Under the pieces are notes generated by a model. The model saw nothing but the letters and a program-made list of their open reading frames with translations, made no database searches and was not told where the DNA came from. 64,000 nt of DNA, taken from the NCBI GenBank assembly GCA_963851265.1, contig CAWKNZ010000002.1:32001-96000 (forward strand). The letters run 5' to 3'. A program made the translations under genes and the position numbers. Origin of the DNA: an uncultured Gemmatimonadales bacterium (GTDB lineage: Bacteria > Gemmatimonadota > Gemmatimonadetes > Gemmatimonadales > Gemmatimonadaceae). Shown here piece by piece: positions 1 through 10,259 of the stretch (its first letter is position 1; each line of letters opens with the position of its first letter).

Positions 1-108
1 GGGAGGTCATGGTGCCCTATCGAACAGCTCGCCCGCCGTGACGCAACCGCGACAGGACCGTGGCCCCCGGCCCGCTGCGGTTTGCACCCGGCCGCCCCAC
101 ACTCCGGT

Positions 109-372
109 ATGCGGCACAGCGAGCACGGCCCGGACGCCGGCGCACCCGTCCCCGAGCGCGTCGTCGAGGAGCTCGACCACCTCCTCGCCGAGCGCGTGCA
201 CCCCGACGACACCCCCGTCGACGAGGACGCCCGCCGCGCCCGCGCCATCGAGTGGGCCGCCCGCGCCGAGCGGCGACGCCGCTTCGCGGCCGAGCACGGC
301 GACGGGCCGGGGAATCTGGACGACGTGCCGCCGCTTTCCGCGCCTCCGTCCGCCCCTCAGTCCGCGGCCTGA
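109..372 (+). CDS. small hypothetical protein
   Basis: ORF 82..372 with ATG at 109; plausible composition, no recognised domain; 3' end overlaps the convergent TPP-enzyme gene. Confidence 0.4.
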   Translation: MRHSEHGPDAGAPVPERVVEELDHLLAERVHPDDTPVDEDARRARAIEWAARAERRRRFAAEHGDGPGNLDDVPPLSAPPSAPQSAA

Positions 373-2222
373 CGCACCTCCTGCCGCTGGAGCTGCTCGA
401 GCACGCCGGTCGCGCGGTCGTCCCCACTCGAGAGCGCCCGCGTCAGCTTGTCCTCCTGCGCCGACGTCAGCTCCGGCGGCAGCGTCGGCACGTCGGGGTC
501 GACCACGGCGTCGATCACGAACGGCCGGTCCGCCGCGAACGCTCGCCGCCACGCGCCGGCCACGTCCTCCGGCCGCTCCACGCGCACGCCGTCCAGCCCC
601 AGGAGGCGCGCGAAGTCGGCGTAGGGCAGGTCCGGGAGCGACTGCGTGACCGGGTTGCGCGGGTCACCCTCCATCACGCGCTGCTCCCACGTCACGTAAT
701 TCAGGTCGCGGTTGTTGAGCACGAGCACGACGAGCCGCGGGTCGGCCCACCGCCTCCAGTGCTTGGCCACGTCGACGAGCGAGTTGAGCCCGCTCATCTG
801 CATCGCGCCGTCGCCGGCGACCGCGACCACCACGCGGTCCGGGTAGGCGAACTTGGCCGCGACCGCGTACGGCACCGCGGAGCCCATCGTCGCGAGCCCG
901 CCGGAGAGCGAGAAGTGCATCCCGCGCCGGATCGGCACGTCGCGCGCGAGGAGCAGCGCGCTCGACCCCGAGTCGCCGGTGAGCACGGCCGCGTCGGGCA
1001 GCTGCCGGCCGAGCTCCCACACCACCTGCTGCGGGTTGAGCGGGTTCGCCGGGGCCACCGCGTGCCGCTCGGCCGCCTCGCGCGACTCGCGCACCCACCC
1101 CTCCACCTCGGCCCGCCACGCATCGCGCTCTGCGTTAGGCGTGAGCAGCGGCAGCAGCGCGCGCAGCGTCTCCGCGCTGTCGCCCTGCAGCGCCACCTCG
1201 GCCGGGTAGCGCAGGCCGAGGTTGGCGGCCGAGCTGTCGATCTGGACGCAGCGCGCCTGCCCCTCTTCGGGGAGGAACTCCGCGTACGGGAACGACGTCC
1301 CGATCATGAAGAGCGTGTCGCACCGCTTGAGCATGCGGTTGCTCGCCGGCGTCCCCAGCCACCCCACCGACCCGGTGACGAGCGGGTGGTCGTCCGGCGT
1401 GGCGGCCTTGCCGAGCAGCGCCTTCGCGACGCCCGCGCCTAACACGTCGGCGGCGGCGAGCACCTCGTCGCCCGCGTGCAGCGCGCCCGCGCCGATGAGG
1501 ACCGCGACCCTCCGCCCGGCGGCGAGGACGTCCGCGGCCGCGCGCAGCTCCGCGTCCTGCGCGACCATCCGCGGCGCGGTGTAGCCCGCGCTCGCGTGCT
1601 GGCGCCCGTGCTCGTGCGCCGGGTGCTCGGCGGCCGGCAGGCGCTGCACGTCGTTGGGCAGGATGACCGCCGTGACCGTGCGCTGCGCGAGCGCGATGCG
1701 GAACGCGCGGTCGACCACGTGGCGCAGCTGCTCCGGGTGGACCACCATCTCGCAGTACGCGCTCGCCACGTCCTGCAGCACCAGCTTGAGGTCGATTTCC
1801 TGCTGCTCGCTCCCGCCGAGCCCCGCGACGCCCTGCTGGCCGACGATCGCGACCACGGGCTGGTGGTCGAGCTTCGCATCGTAGAGCCCGGTGAGCGCGT
1901 GCGTCGCGCCCGGCCCGCTCGTCACGACCACGACGCCCGGCTCGGGGGCGCCGCCGGCGCGCGTGAACTTCGCATGCGCCGTGGCCATGAGCGCGGCCAG
2001 TTCCTCGTGCGCGGCCTGCACGAACTCGATCGGCGGCGCGCCCGCCCCGTCCGCCCCGCCGCCGTCCGCGTCCACGCCGCCGCGGCTCTCGGCGGGCGCG
2101 GCGTGCAGGCGGCCGAGTGCGCCCATGATGCCGTTGACCCCGTCGCCTGGGTAGCCGAACACGCGGCGCACGTCCCAGCGCTGGAGGAGGGCGAGCAGGT
2201 GGTCGCTGACGAGCATCGGCAT
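357..2222 (-). CDS. thiamine-pyrophosphate-requiring enzyme (pyruvate oxidase/dehydrogenase-like)
   Basis: VFGYPGDG, HEE..A.MA, TSGPG, GDGAMQM...NN TPP motif; ATG at 2222 (upstream part of the 1096-aa ORF is an antisense shadow of the MFS gene). Confidence 0.92.
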   Translation of the reverse strand: MPMLVSDHLLALLQRWDVRRVFGYPGDGVNGIMGALGRLHAAPAESRGGVDADGGGADGAGAPPIEFVQAAHEELAALMATAHAKFTRAGGAPEPGVVVVTSGPGATHALTGLYDAKLDHQPVVAIVGQQGVAGLGGSEQQEIDLKLVLQDVASAYCEMVVHPEQLRHVVDRAFRIALAQRTVTAVILPNDVQRLPAAEHPAHEHGRQHASAGYTAPRMVAQDAELRAAADVLAAGRRVAVLIGAGALHAGDEVLAAADVLGAGVAKALLGKAATPDDHPLVTGSVGWLGTPASNRMLKRCDTLFMIGTSFPYAEFLPEEGQARCVQIDSSAANLGLRYPAEVALQGDSAETLRALLPLLTPNAERDAWRAEVEGWVRESREAAERHAVAPANPLNPQQVVWELGRQLPDAAVLTGDSGSSALLLARDVPIRRGMHFSLSGGLATMGSAVPYAVAAKFAYPDRVVVAVAGDGAMQMSGLNSLVDVAKHWRRWADPRLVVLVLNNRDLNYVTWEQRVMEGDPRNPVTQSLPDLPYADFARLLGLDGVRVERPEDVAGAWRRAFAADRPFVIDAVVDPDVPTLPPELTSAQEDKLTRALSSGDDRATGVLEQLQRQEVRQAAD

Positions 2223-2351
2223 GGGCAGGACGGCGGAAGGAACGACGGGTGGACGGCGGATCGGCCGCGCGGGTCGCGGCGGGGCCGCGTCGCGAGGGGC
2301 GTGCCCGCGCCCGCGTCTGGGCCCGGCACCGTCCGTGCTCCCTCGCCCGCC

Positions 2352-3719
2352 GTGACCACCACGACCATCTCCGCCCCCGCGGCGACCGCACCACCGCAGG
2401 GCCCGCCATCGCACGGACCGCCCTCGCAGGGCCCGCCCTCGCGGGTACGCGCGCTGCGCTCGCGCAACTACCGCCTCTTCTTTACCGGACAGAGCGTCTC
2501 GCTCGTCGGCACCTGGGTCACGCGCATCGCCACGAGCTGGCTCGTCTACCAGCTCACCGGGTCGGCGTGGTGGCTCGGCCTCGTCGGGTTCGTCGGCCTC
2601 CTGCCGACGCTCGTCGTCGCGCCGGTGGCCGGCGTGCTCGTCGACCGCTGGGATCGGCGCCGCGTGCTCGTCGCGACGCAGGCGCTCTCGCTGCTGCAGT
2701 CGGTCGTACTCGCCGCGCTCGTCTTCACGCACACGGTGACCGTCGCGCACATCATGTGGCTGCAGCTCGTGCAGGGCCTCGTGAACGCGCTCGACACCCC
2801 GGCGCGGCAGGCGTTCGTGGTGCAGATGGTCGACGACCGCGCCGACCTGCCCAACGCGATCGCGCTCAACTCGTCGATGTTCAACGGCACGCGCGTGATC
2901 GGCCCCGCCATCGGCGGCGCGCTGCTCGCCACCGCGGGCGCGGGCTGGTGCTTCGCGCTCGACGCGGTGAGCTACGTCGCGGTGCTCGCGTCGCTCCTGC
3001 TCATGCACATGCCCGCGCGCACCGCCGCCCCCGCGACGCGCGGCCTCGCCGCGGTCGTCGCCGAACTGCGCGAGGGCGTGCACTACGCGGCCCGCTTCCC
3101 GCCCGTGCGCAACCTCCTGCTGCTCATCGCCCTGCTCGGCGTGTTCGGCATGCCCTACACGACGCTCATGCCCGAGGTCGCGTCCAAGGTGTTGCACGGC
3201 GGTCCGCACCTGCTGGGCTGGCTGATGACCGCCGGCGGCGTCGGCGCGTTGGGCGGCGCGCTCTACCTCGCCGGCCGGCCGAGCGTGGTCGGCCTCGGCC
3301 GCGTGATCGGCGCCGGCGGCATCGCCACCGGGGCGGCGCTCGTCGCGTTCTCGTTCGCGCACACGGCGTGGCTGGCCCTCGCACTCCTCACGCTGGTGGG
3401 GGGCGCCTTCATGGTCACGACGGCGTCGTGCAACACGATCCTGCAGACGATCCTCCCCGAAGCGCTCCGCGGCCGCGTGATGGCCCTCTACACGGTCGCC
3501 TTCCTCGGCACCGCCCCCATCGGCTCCCTCCTCGCCGGAGGACTCGCGGCCCGGATGGGCACGCCCCTCACGATCCTCGCCGGCGCCGTCGGCTGCCTGC
3601 TCGCGGGCGTGTGGTTCGCGCGGCAGCGGAAGGCGTTCTCGGCGCACATCCGGCCGATCTACATCCAGCAGGGGATACTCGAGGTGCAGTCGGGGGAGGA
3701 GCGGGCGGGGCGGGCGTAG
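2352..3719 (+). CDS. MFS transporter (MFS_3/EntS-like)
   Basis: RALRSRNYRLFFTGQSVSLVGTW, G.LVDRWDRRR, D.PARQAF, about 12 hydrophobic segments; GTG start estimated. Confidence 0.9.
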   Translation: MTTTTISAPAATAPPQGPPSHGPPSQGPPSRVRALRSRNYRLFFTGQSVSLVGTWVTRIATSWLVYQLTGSAWWLGLVGFVGLLPTLVVAPVAGVLVDRWDRRRVLVATQALSLLQSVVLAALVFTHTVTVAHIMWLQLVQGLVNALDTPARQAFVVQMVDDRADLPNAIALNSSMFNGTRVIGPAIGGALLATAGAGWCFALDAVSYVAVLASLLLMHMPARTAAPATRGLAAVVAELREGVHYAARFPPVRNLLLLIALLGVFGMPYTTLMPEVASKVLHGGPHLLGWLMTAGGVGALGGALYLAGRPSVVGLGRVIGAGGIATGAALVAFSFAHTAWLALALLTLVGGAFMVTTASCNTILQTILPEALRGRVMALYTVAFLGTAPIGSLLAGGLAARMGTPLTILAGAVGCLLAGVWFARQRKAFSAHIRPIYIQQGILEVQSGEERAGRA

Positions 3720-3779
3720 GACCCGGGCCGCGTCGCGTGCCTAACGACCGGCCTCGGACGCGACGCGCGCGGCGGCCCA

Positions 3780-5310
3780 CTACCCGATCTCCACCTCCCC
3801 TCCCCCCACCCGCCGCACCCGGTGCGCGTTCGTCTCCACCACGTACGCCCCGGCCATCGCCCCCGGCTCCGCGACCCCGCGCAACACCGTCTCCACCCGC
3901 CTCGTCGCCGGGTCCAGCGCCTTCACCGCGTCGTTGTACCCGTCGGCCACGAGCAGTCGTCCGCCCTCCCACGCCAGCCCCGCCGGGTGCTGCAGGCGGA
4001 CCTCGTCGCCGACCCCGTCGCGGTCTCCGAAGTCGAACAGCCCCGTCCCCACCAGCGTCCGCACGCCGTCGTCCTGGCCGCCCTCGAGCGCGGCGCGGGT
4101 CGTCTCGCGCACCGCGCTCGCCTCCGCGTCTGCCCACCACACCCGGACGCCGTCCGACGCCAGCGCCACCGGCTGCGCGAGGAGCGCGTCGAGCGCCGGC
4201 GTGCCCGGCGGCGCGTCGACCAACCCTTCTCCCCTCCCCCCGACGACCGGCCGCGCGGTCCCGTCGCCGCCGCGCGGGTCCACGCGCCAGATCTCGTGCG
4301 TGCCCGCCATCGCGACGAGCAGCGTGCCATCGTCGAACGCCAGGAGCCCCCAGGGCGAGGCCATCGCGCCCGCGGCGCGATCTGCTGCCGTCCGCACGCG
4401 AACGCCGGTGCCCGCGACCACGCGCGTCGCGCCCGTGGTGAGGTTCACGGCGCGCACCCGGTGGGTGCCCGTGTCGGCCACGTACAGCGTCGCCGGACCC
4501 GCGCCGCGCGCCGACGCGTCGGACGCGTCGGGCGCGAACGCCAACCCCTGCGGCCGCACGAACGGGTCGCCCGCGCCGTCGTACTCGCGGTCGACCGCGA
4601 GGCGGCGCCCGCCGTCCGTTAGGCGCCCCACGAGCAGCCGCGCGCCCGGCCCGCCGTCGCCGTTGCTCGACACCGCCATGCGCCGCACCCCGCGCGCGTC
4701 GGGCGCGGACACCGCGAGCCCGCCCGGGTAGCGCAACGGCGACGCCGCGGCGCCGACCCCCGCCGCGTGGCGCGGGCTTGCGCCGCGGCGTGCTGCCCGC
4801 GCGCGGCGCGCGGTCGAGCGTGCCCGCGGCGTCGGCCGCCGCGACCACGTCGGCCACGAGGGCGGTGAGCGCCGCGAGGCGCGGCTCGCCCGCCTGCTGC
4901 CACACCACGTAGCCGCGCGGGTCGACCACCGCGAGCGTCGGCCAGCCGCGCGCGGCCCACGCCCGCCACAGGCGGAACTGCCGATCGTTGACGATCGGGT
5001 GGTGGCCGGCGCCGAGCCGTTGGGCCGCGTGCGCGATGCGGTCCGTGTCGCGTTCCGCGATGAACTTGCCGCTGTGCACGCCGACCACGACGAGCTCGCG
5101 CGCAAAGCGCGCCTCGAGCGCGGCGAGCGTCGCGATCACGTGCTGGCAGTTGATGCACCCGTAGGTCCACAGGTCGACCACCACCACCTTGCCGCGCAGG
5201 TCGGCGAGCGTGAGCGGCGCCGGCGTGAACAGCCAGTCGAGCCCTGGTGGGAAGTCGGGCGCGCGCACGGCGGCTCGGCGGACGTCGGGAGTTGGGTGCG
5301 AATCGGTCAT
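3780..5310 (-). pseudogene. thioredoxin-like + NHL-repeat protein (NHLRC2/SOQ1-like), frameshifted
   Basis: N-half (ATG 5310; LRGKVVVVDLWTYGCINC, VHSGKF) and C-half (PLRYPG, ADTGTHRVR, SPW, GLFDFGDRDG, LQHP) lie in different frames; break at about 4740-4815. Confidence 0.75.
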
Positions 5311-5354
5311 CGGCGGCGGGACGGTGCGGTCACGCGCACGATACCTTGTCGCGC

Positions 5355-6479
5355 GTGACCGCACCGTCCGAGCAGGACCCCGCGCGCGCACCCGCGTCTT
5401 CCGAGCCCGCGTCTTCCGCGGCGGCGTTTTCCAAGCCGGCGTCCGCACTCCCGCCTCACCACAAGCCCGGCGGCGGGTTCGTGAACCCGTGGCCGAGCGG
5501 GCGACGCGCCGGTGCGGCCGCGCTCGCGCGCTGGCTCGTCGTCGAGCGCGTGGCGCACCGGCGTGCCGTCGACCCCGACCCGCGCGTGGCGTTCCCGCGG
5601 GTGGCGAGCGCCTACGCGACGCCGCGCGCATCCGCCGACGCGATCACGGCGACGTGGGTCGGGCACGCGTCGTTCCTGGTGCAGCTCGCGGGGCAGAACG
5701 TGCTGCTCGACCCGGTGTGGGGAGACCGCGCGTCGCCGCTGCCGTTCGCGGGGCCCAAGCGCTTCACGCCGCCGGGCGTCGCGTTCGACGCCCTGCCCCC
5801 GGTCGACCTCGTCGTGCTCTCGCACGACCACTACGACCACCTCGACGCGCCCACCGTGCGCCGGCTCGCGGCCCGCGACCCGGGCGCGCGCTGGCTCACG
5901 CCGCTCGGCGTCGGCGCACGGCTGCACGCGTTAGGCGTGCCGGCCGACGCGGTGGCGGAGTGCGACTGGTGGGGCGCGGCCGACGCCGGGCCCGTGTCGG
6001 CGACGTGCGTGCCCGCGCAGCACTTCTCCGGGCGCGGCCTGGGCGACCGGGACCGCACGCTCTGGTGCGGCTGGGTGCTGCGCGCGCGCGCCGGCCCCGA
6101 CGGGGCCGCGGGGCGGGCGGTGTACTTCGCCGGCGACAGCGGGCTGCACCCCGACTTCGCGGAGGTCACGCGGCGGTGCGGCCCGGTCGCGCTCGCGCTG
6201 CTTCCGGTGGGCGCGTACGCGCCGCGCTGGTTCATGCGCCCCGTGCACTGCGACCCCGACGACGCGCTCGCCGCGTACGACGCGCTGCGCGCGGGGCAGC
6301 GCGCGTCGCACCCCGGCGCGCCCGACCCCGTGTTCGGCGCGACGCACTTCGGCGCGTTCAAGCTCACCGACGAGCCGACCGACGAGCCGCCGCGGCGCAC
6401 GCGCGAGGCCTGGGCCGCGTCCGGGCGCGACCCGTCGCGGCTGTGGGTGCCGCTGCACGGCGAAACGCGGGTGGTCTAA
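5355..6479 (+). CDS. MBL-fold metallo-hydrolase (NAPE-PLD/RomA-like)
   Basis: TWVGHAS, LLDPVW, SHDHYDHLD, PAQHFSGR, YFAGDSG, PVGAY.PRWFM, THFGAF.LTDE. Confidence 0.92.
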   Translation: MTAPSEQDPARAPASSEPASSAAAFSKPASALPPHHKPGGGFVNPWPSGRRAGAAALARWLVVERVAHRRAVDPDPRVAFPRVASAYATPRASADAITATWVGHASFLVQLAGQNVLLDPVWGDRASPLPFAGPKRFTPPGVAFDALPPVDLVVLSHDHYDHLDAPTVRRLAARDPGARWLTPLGVGARLHALGVPADAVAECDWWGAADAGPVSATCVPAQHFSGRGLGDRDRTLWCGWVLRARAGPDGAAGRAVYFAGDSGLHPDFAEVTRRCGPVALALLPVGAYAPRWFMRPVHCDPDDALAAYDALRAGQRASHPGAPDPVFGATHFGAFKLTDEPTDEPPRRTREAWAASGRDPSRLWVPLHGETRVV

Positions 6480-6634
6480 CAGTCGTCTAACAGCTGCGGG
6501 GGCGCGGGCGGGAGGCGATTTCCATCGACTCCGGACGAAACCGCAGCTATTTTTCGCGCGTTGGGCGCGGAACCCGTCGTCTGCGCCTAATTCTTGCGTA
6601 AGGCGCCGGCACACCTCCCACAGGAGACCATCAC

Positions 6635-7183
6635 ATGGCGACTCGTTCCAAAGCTTCGGGCGACACCACGTCGGGTTCGCGTCCGCGGAGCAGCTCGGGC
6701 AAGAACGGCACGTCGAAGGGTGGCGCCTCGGCGGCGTCGAAGGGCACCAAGGCGGGCGCGAAGCCCGCGGCGCGCAGCGGCGCGGCGGCGAGCAAGGCGC
6801 GCGGCGCGTCGTCGACCGCGACCCCCGCTCGGGCGAACACGAAGGCGGCGGCCAAGGTCGGGGCCGCGAAGCGCACCAAGTCCGCCGCGAAGCCGGCGAC
6901 GACGGCCAAGCGCGCGACGGCCAAGCGCGCGGCGGCGAAGCCCGCGACCACCAAGGCGTCGGGTGCGAAGACGTCGGGCACGAAGGCGGCTGGTCCCAAG
7001 ACGTCGGGCCCCCGCACGGCGGCGAAGCGCGCGGGCGCGACGCGCACCACCGCGAAGCGTGCGACGGCGAAGCGCGCCACCACCAAGCGCGCCACCGCGA
7101 AGCGCGCAACGGCCACGCGCCCCGCGGCCAAGCGCAGCCCGTCGCGCTCGGCCAAGAAGCCGGCCGCGTCGTCGCAGTCATGA
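6635..7183 (+). CDS. histone H1-like Lys/Ala/Thr-rich DNA-binding protein
   Basis: AGGAG RBS before ATG; repeated TAKRA/KTSG units, no acidic residues after position 10. Confidence 0.75.
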   Translation: MATRSKASGDTTSGSRPRSSSGKNGTSKGGASAASKGTKAGAKPAARSGAAASKARGASSTATPARANTKAAAKVGAAKRTKSAAKPATTAKRATAKRAAAKPATTKASGAKTSGTKAAGPKTSGPRTAAKRAGATRTTAKRATAKRATTKRATAKRATATRPAAKRSPSRSAKKPAASSQS

Positions 7184-7188
7184 CGCCG

Positions 7189-7223
7189 GGCGGGGCCCGG
7201 GCCTAACCCGCCCGGGCCCCGCC
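7189..7223 (+). terminator. 14-bp GC hairpin after histone-like gene
   Basis: GGCGGGGCCCGGGC / GCCCGGGCCCCGCC perfect stem with loop CTAACCC; no U-tract. Confidence 0.45.
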
Positions 7224-7250
7224 GCCCCGGGCCGCCGGCCCGGCCCGCGC

Positions 7251-8636
7251 ATGTCGCAACCCGAATCGCGCCCCGCGGCGCGGCCCGCGCCGCGCCTCGC
7301 CGTCCCCGAACTCGCCCTCGTCCTCCTCGTCGGCACCGCGGGCAGCGGCAAGAGCACCTTCGCGCGCACCCACTTCGGCCCGTACGAGACCGTCTCGTCC
7401 GACGCCTGCCGCGGCGCGGTCTCCAACGACCCCAACGACCAGACGAGCACGGCCGACGCGTTCGCCCTGCTCCACCACGTCGTCGCCCTCCGGCTCGCGC
7501 GCGGGCTGCTCACCGTCGTCGACGCGACTAACGTCCAGCCCGACGCGCGCCGACCGCTCCTCGCGCTCGCGCGGCGCCACCACACGCCCGCCGTGGCCGT
7601 CGTGCTCGACCTTCCCGAACGCGTCTGCCAGGCGCGCAACGCCGAGCGCGCCGACCGCCAGGTGGGTCCGCACGTCGTCGGCAACCAGCACGCCCAACTC
7701 CGCCGCTCCCTGCCCGGCCTGCCGCGCGAGGGCTTCGCCGCCGTCTACGTGCTCCACGCGGAGGCCGACGTCGACGGCGCGGTCATCGTGCGGCAGCCGC
7801 TCGCGAGCAACCGCACCGGCGACCACGGCCCGTTCGACATCATCGGCGACGTGCACGGCTGCGCCGACGAGCTCGAAGCCCTGCTCGCCGGACTCGGCTA
7901 CGCGCCCGACGCCGCGCCCGACGCCGACGGCGTGCGCGCCTGGCGCCACCCCGACGCGCGCACGGCCGTGTTCCTCGGCGACCTCGCCGACCGCGGCCCG
8001 CGCGTGCCCGACGTGCTCCGCACCGCGATGGGCATGGTCGCCGCCCGCACCGCGCTCGCCGTGCCGGGCAACCACGACGTGAAACTCCTCAAGGCCTTAC
8101 GCGGACAGACGGTGCAGCGGACGCACGGCCTCGCGCAGTCGCTCGAGCAGCTCGACGCCACGCCGCCCACCCTGCGCGCGCGCATCGCCGAGTTCCTCGA
8201 CGCGCTGCCGAGCCACTACGTGCTCGACGGCGGCCGGCTCGTCGTCGCGCACGCCGGTCTCACGGCGGAGCTGCAGGGGCGCAGCTCGGGCAAGGTGCGC
8301 GCGTTCGCGCTCTACGGGCAGACCACGGGCGAGAGCGACGAGTTCGGGCTCCCCGTCCGCTACCCGTGGGCGGCGGAGTATCGCGGGCGCGCGGCCGTGG
8401 TGTACGGCCACACCCCCGTCGCCGCCCCCGCGTGGGTCAACGAAACCATCGACATCGACACCGGGTGCGTGTTCGGCGGGCGCCTCACCGCGCTCCGCTG
8501 GCCCGAGCGCGAACTCGTCTCGGTGCCGGCGGCGCGCCAGTACGCCGAGCCGCGTCGGCCGTTCCTGCCCGCCGCCGACCGCGCCGCCAAAGACGACGGC
8601 CCGGCGTCCGAGGCGGACGCCGGGCCGAGCGCCTAA
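7251..8636 (+). CDS. polynucleotide kinase-phosphatase (bacterial Pnkp kinase + phosphoesterase domains, no ligase domain)
   Basis: P-loop GTAGSGKST, VVDATN; metallophosphoesterase GDVHG, GDLADRGP, GNHD, HAG, YGHTP, IDTGCVFGG; stops at 461 aa. Confidence 0.9.
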   Translation: MSQPESRPAARPAPRLAVPELALVLLVGTAGSGKSTFARTHFGPYETVSSDACRGAVSNDPNDQTSTADAFALLHHVVALRLARGLLTVVDATNVQPDARRPLLALARRHHTPAVAVVLDLPERVCQARNAERADRQVGPHVVGNQHAQLRRSLPGLPREGFAAVYVLHAEADVDGAVIVRQPLASNRTGDHGPFDIIGDVHGCADELEALLAGLGYAPDAAPDADGVRAWRHPDARTAVFLGDLADRGPRVPDVLRTAMGMVAARTALAVPGNHDVKLLKALRGQTVQRTHGLAQSLEQLDATPPTLRARIAEFLDALPSHYVLDGGRLVVAHAGLTAELQGRSSGKVRAFALYGQTTGESDEFGLPVRYPWAAEYRGRAAVVYGHTPVAAPAWVNETIDIDTGCVFGGRLTALRWPERELVSVPAARQYAEPRRPFLPAADRAAKDDGPASEADAGPSA

Positions 8637-8652
8637 CGCGAGGCGGGCGGGG

Positions 8653-9459
8653 TCACTTCGACGCCGACCCGGGTTCCGCCATCTTCCGGTGCTGCTCCGC
8701 CTTCAGCGGCTCGGGGACGAGTTCGGCGAGCACGCCCTGGATCTTCGTCTTCAGCGACTCGGCGATCACGTGGTCCTTGCCGGCCACCATCGCCTCGAAG
8801 CCCATCCGCGCCACCTCGGCCGCGTCGTCCTTCTTCGAGCTGCCGACCTTCGTGTCCTCCATGTCGGCGCGGTGGAAGAAGTTCGTCTCGGTCGCGCCCG
8901 GCTGCAGCGCGGTCACGGTCACGCCCGTGTCCTTCAGCTCGTTACGGATCGCTTCGGAGAAGCTGTGCACGAACGCCTTCGACGCGTTGTAGACCGCCTG
9001 GAATGAGCCCGGCATCAGCGCGGCGATCGACGACGTGAACAGCACCTTCCCCTCGCCGCGCGCGACCATGCCGGGCAGCAGGCGGTAGGCGAGGTGCACC
9101 GTCGACCGCACGTTCAGATCGATGAGCTCGAACACGCGGTCGAGGTCCTGGTCGAGGAACGCGCCGCCGAGGCCGACGCCCGCGTTGAGCGCGATCGCGT
9201 CGGGCGTGCGCCCGTCCGCGGCGAAGCGACCCGCGAGGCGCTCGACGCCGTCGCGCGTGGCGAGGTTCACCTGCACTGGCTCGACCGTCGCGCCACCAGC
9301 GCGGAGTTCGGCGGCGGCCTCTTCGATCCCCGCGTCCTCGGCGGCGATCACGAGGTCGTAGCCGTGCGCGACGAACTGCTTGGCGAGCTCGAGCCCGATG
9401 CCGCTCGACGCGCCGGTGACGACGGCGAGGGGACGACCGGTAGAATTCGTGGTAGCCAT
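8653..9459 (-). CDS. short-chain dehydrogenase/reductase
   Basis: TGASSGIG, LNAG, catalytic YNASK. Confidence 0.95.
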   Translation of the reverse strand: MATTNSTGRPLAVVTGASSGIGLELAKQFVAHGYDLVIAAEDAGIEEAAAELRAGGATVEPVQVNLATRDGVERLAGRFAADGRTPDAIALNAGVGLGGAFLDQDLDRVFELIDLNVRSTVHLAYRLLPGMVARGEGKVLFTSSIAALMPGSFQAVYNASKAFVHSFSEAIRNELKDTGVTVTALQPGATETNFFHRADMEDTKVGSSKKDDAAEVARMGFEAMVAGKDHVIAESLKTKIQGVLAELVPEPLKAEQHRKMAEPGSASK

Positions 9460-9615
9460 CAGTTGCTCCTGAAAGTTCGGGAAACGAACGGTGGAGCGCC
9501 CGCCTGTGGCAAACCCGGCGCCGCCGCGGCGGCCACCGACGGAGTTCCGTCCGACATCGGCAGAGTGGTGGACCGCCGGTGAGCAACGTCGATCCGTGGG
9601 CCGTCCGGCAGCCGA

Positions 9616-9670
9616 GCGCGCGACGAACTCAGGCGCGCGACGAACTCACGCGCGCGACGAACTCAGGCGC
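9616..9670. repeat. 17-bp tandem repeat x3 (GCGCGCGACGAACTCAG)
   Basis: units at 9616, 9633 and 9650; the last unit contains the stop codon of the HD gene. Confidence 0.85.
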
Positions 9671-10259
9671 CCAACGCCGCCAGCCCCGCGGCGAGCAGCC
9701 GGTCGAACTCCGCTTCGAGCGCCGCGTTCGTGCCGCGGCACCCGTCGATCACCTCGGCGCTCCAGCGCAGGTAGGCGACGCGGCGCTCCTCCGACCAACC
9801 GACCGGCGGCGCGTGCGTGACGTCGCGCACGTTGCAGATCTTGTCGCCGAGCTTGACGAGCCTGGCCGCATGCGAGGCCGCGCGCGCGTGCACGACCTGC
9901 AACCGCTTGCGCTCGGTCTTGGGCAGCAACTTGTCGTCGGTGACCTCGGCCACCACGCCGCGCACCGCGGGCCCGAACCGGCGTTCGATCTCGTCGAGGG
10001 TCGTCTCGGTGTCCTCGACCGTGTCGTGCAACACGGCCGCGGCGAGTGTGTCGGCGTCGGTCACGCCACCGACCGTCGCGAGCACGGCCGCGACCGCGAT
10101 GCAGTGGTTGATGTACGGCGAGTCCTCGCCGTCCTTGCGACGCTGCCGGCGGTGGCGCTCCGCGGCGAAGTCGAGCGCGGCAAACACCTGCGCGGCGAAT
10201 GCGCCGCGGGACGTCGCGTCCGACGGGACGGCGGCAGTGGCGAGCGAGTCGCGCGTCAT
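9663..10259 (-). CDS. HD-domain hydrolase, Mesh1/small alarmone ((p)ppGpp) hydrolase-like
   Basis: FAAERH..QRRKD...[28 protein letters not shown]. Confidence 0.9.
   Translation of the reverse strand: MTRDSLATAAVPSDATSRGAFAAQVFAALDFAAERHRRQRRKDGEDSPYINHCIAVAAVLATVGGVTDADTLAAAVLHDTVEDTETTLDEIERRFGPAVRGVVAEVTDDKLLPKTERKRLQVVHARAASHAARLVKLGDKICNVRDVTHAPPVGWSEERRVAYLRWSAEVIDGCRGTNAALEAEFDRLLAAGLAALGA

Noticed and set aside
2395..2442. 15-bp repeats in the MFS 5' region
   Set aside because: Encode a low-complexity (Q/H)GPPS linker; no sign of a separate function
2223..3647. Apparent 470-aa N-terminal extension of the TPP enzyme
   Set aside because: It is the reverse complement of the MFS gene; the enzyme's family N-terminus begins at 2222
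6594..7250. Arg-rich N-terminal extension on Pnkp
   Set aside because: Alternative frame of the histone-like gene; Pnkp homology starts at ATG 7251
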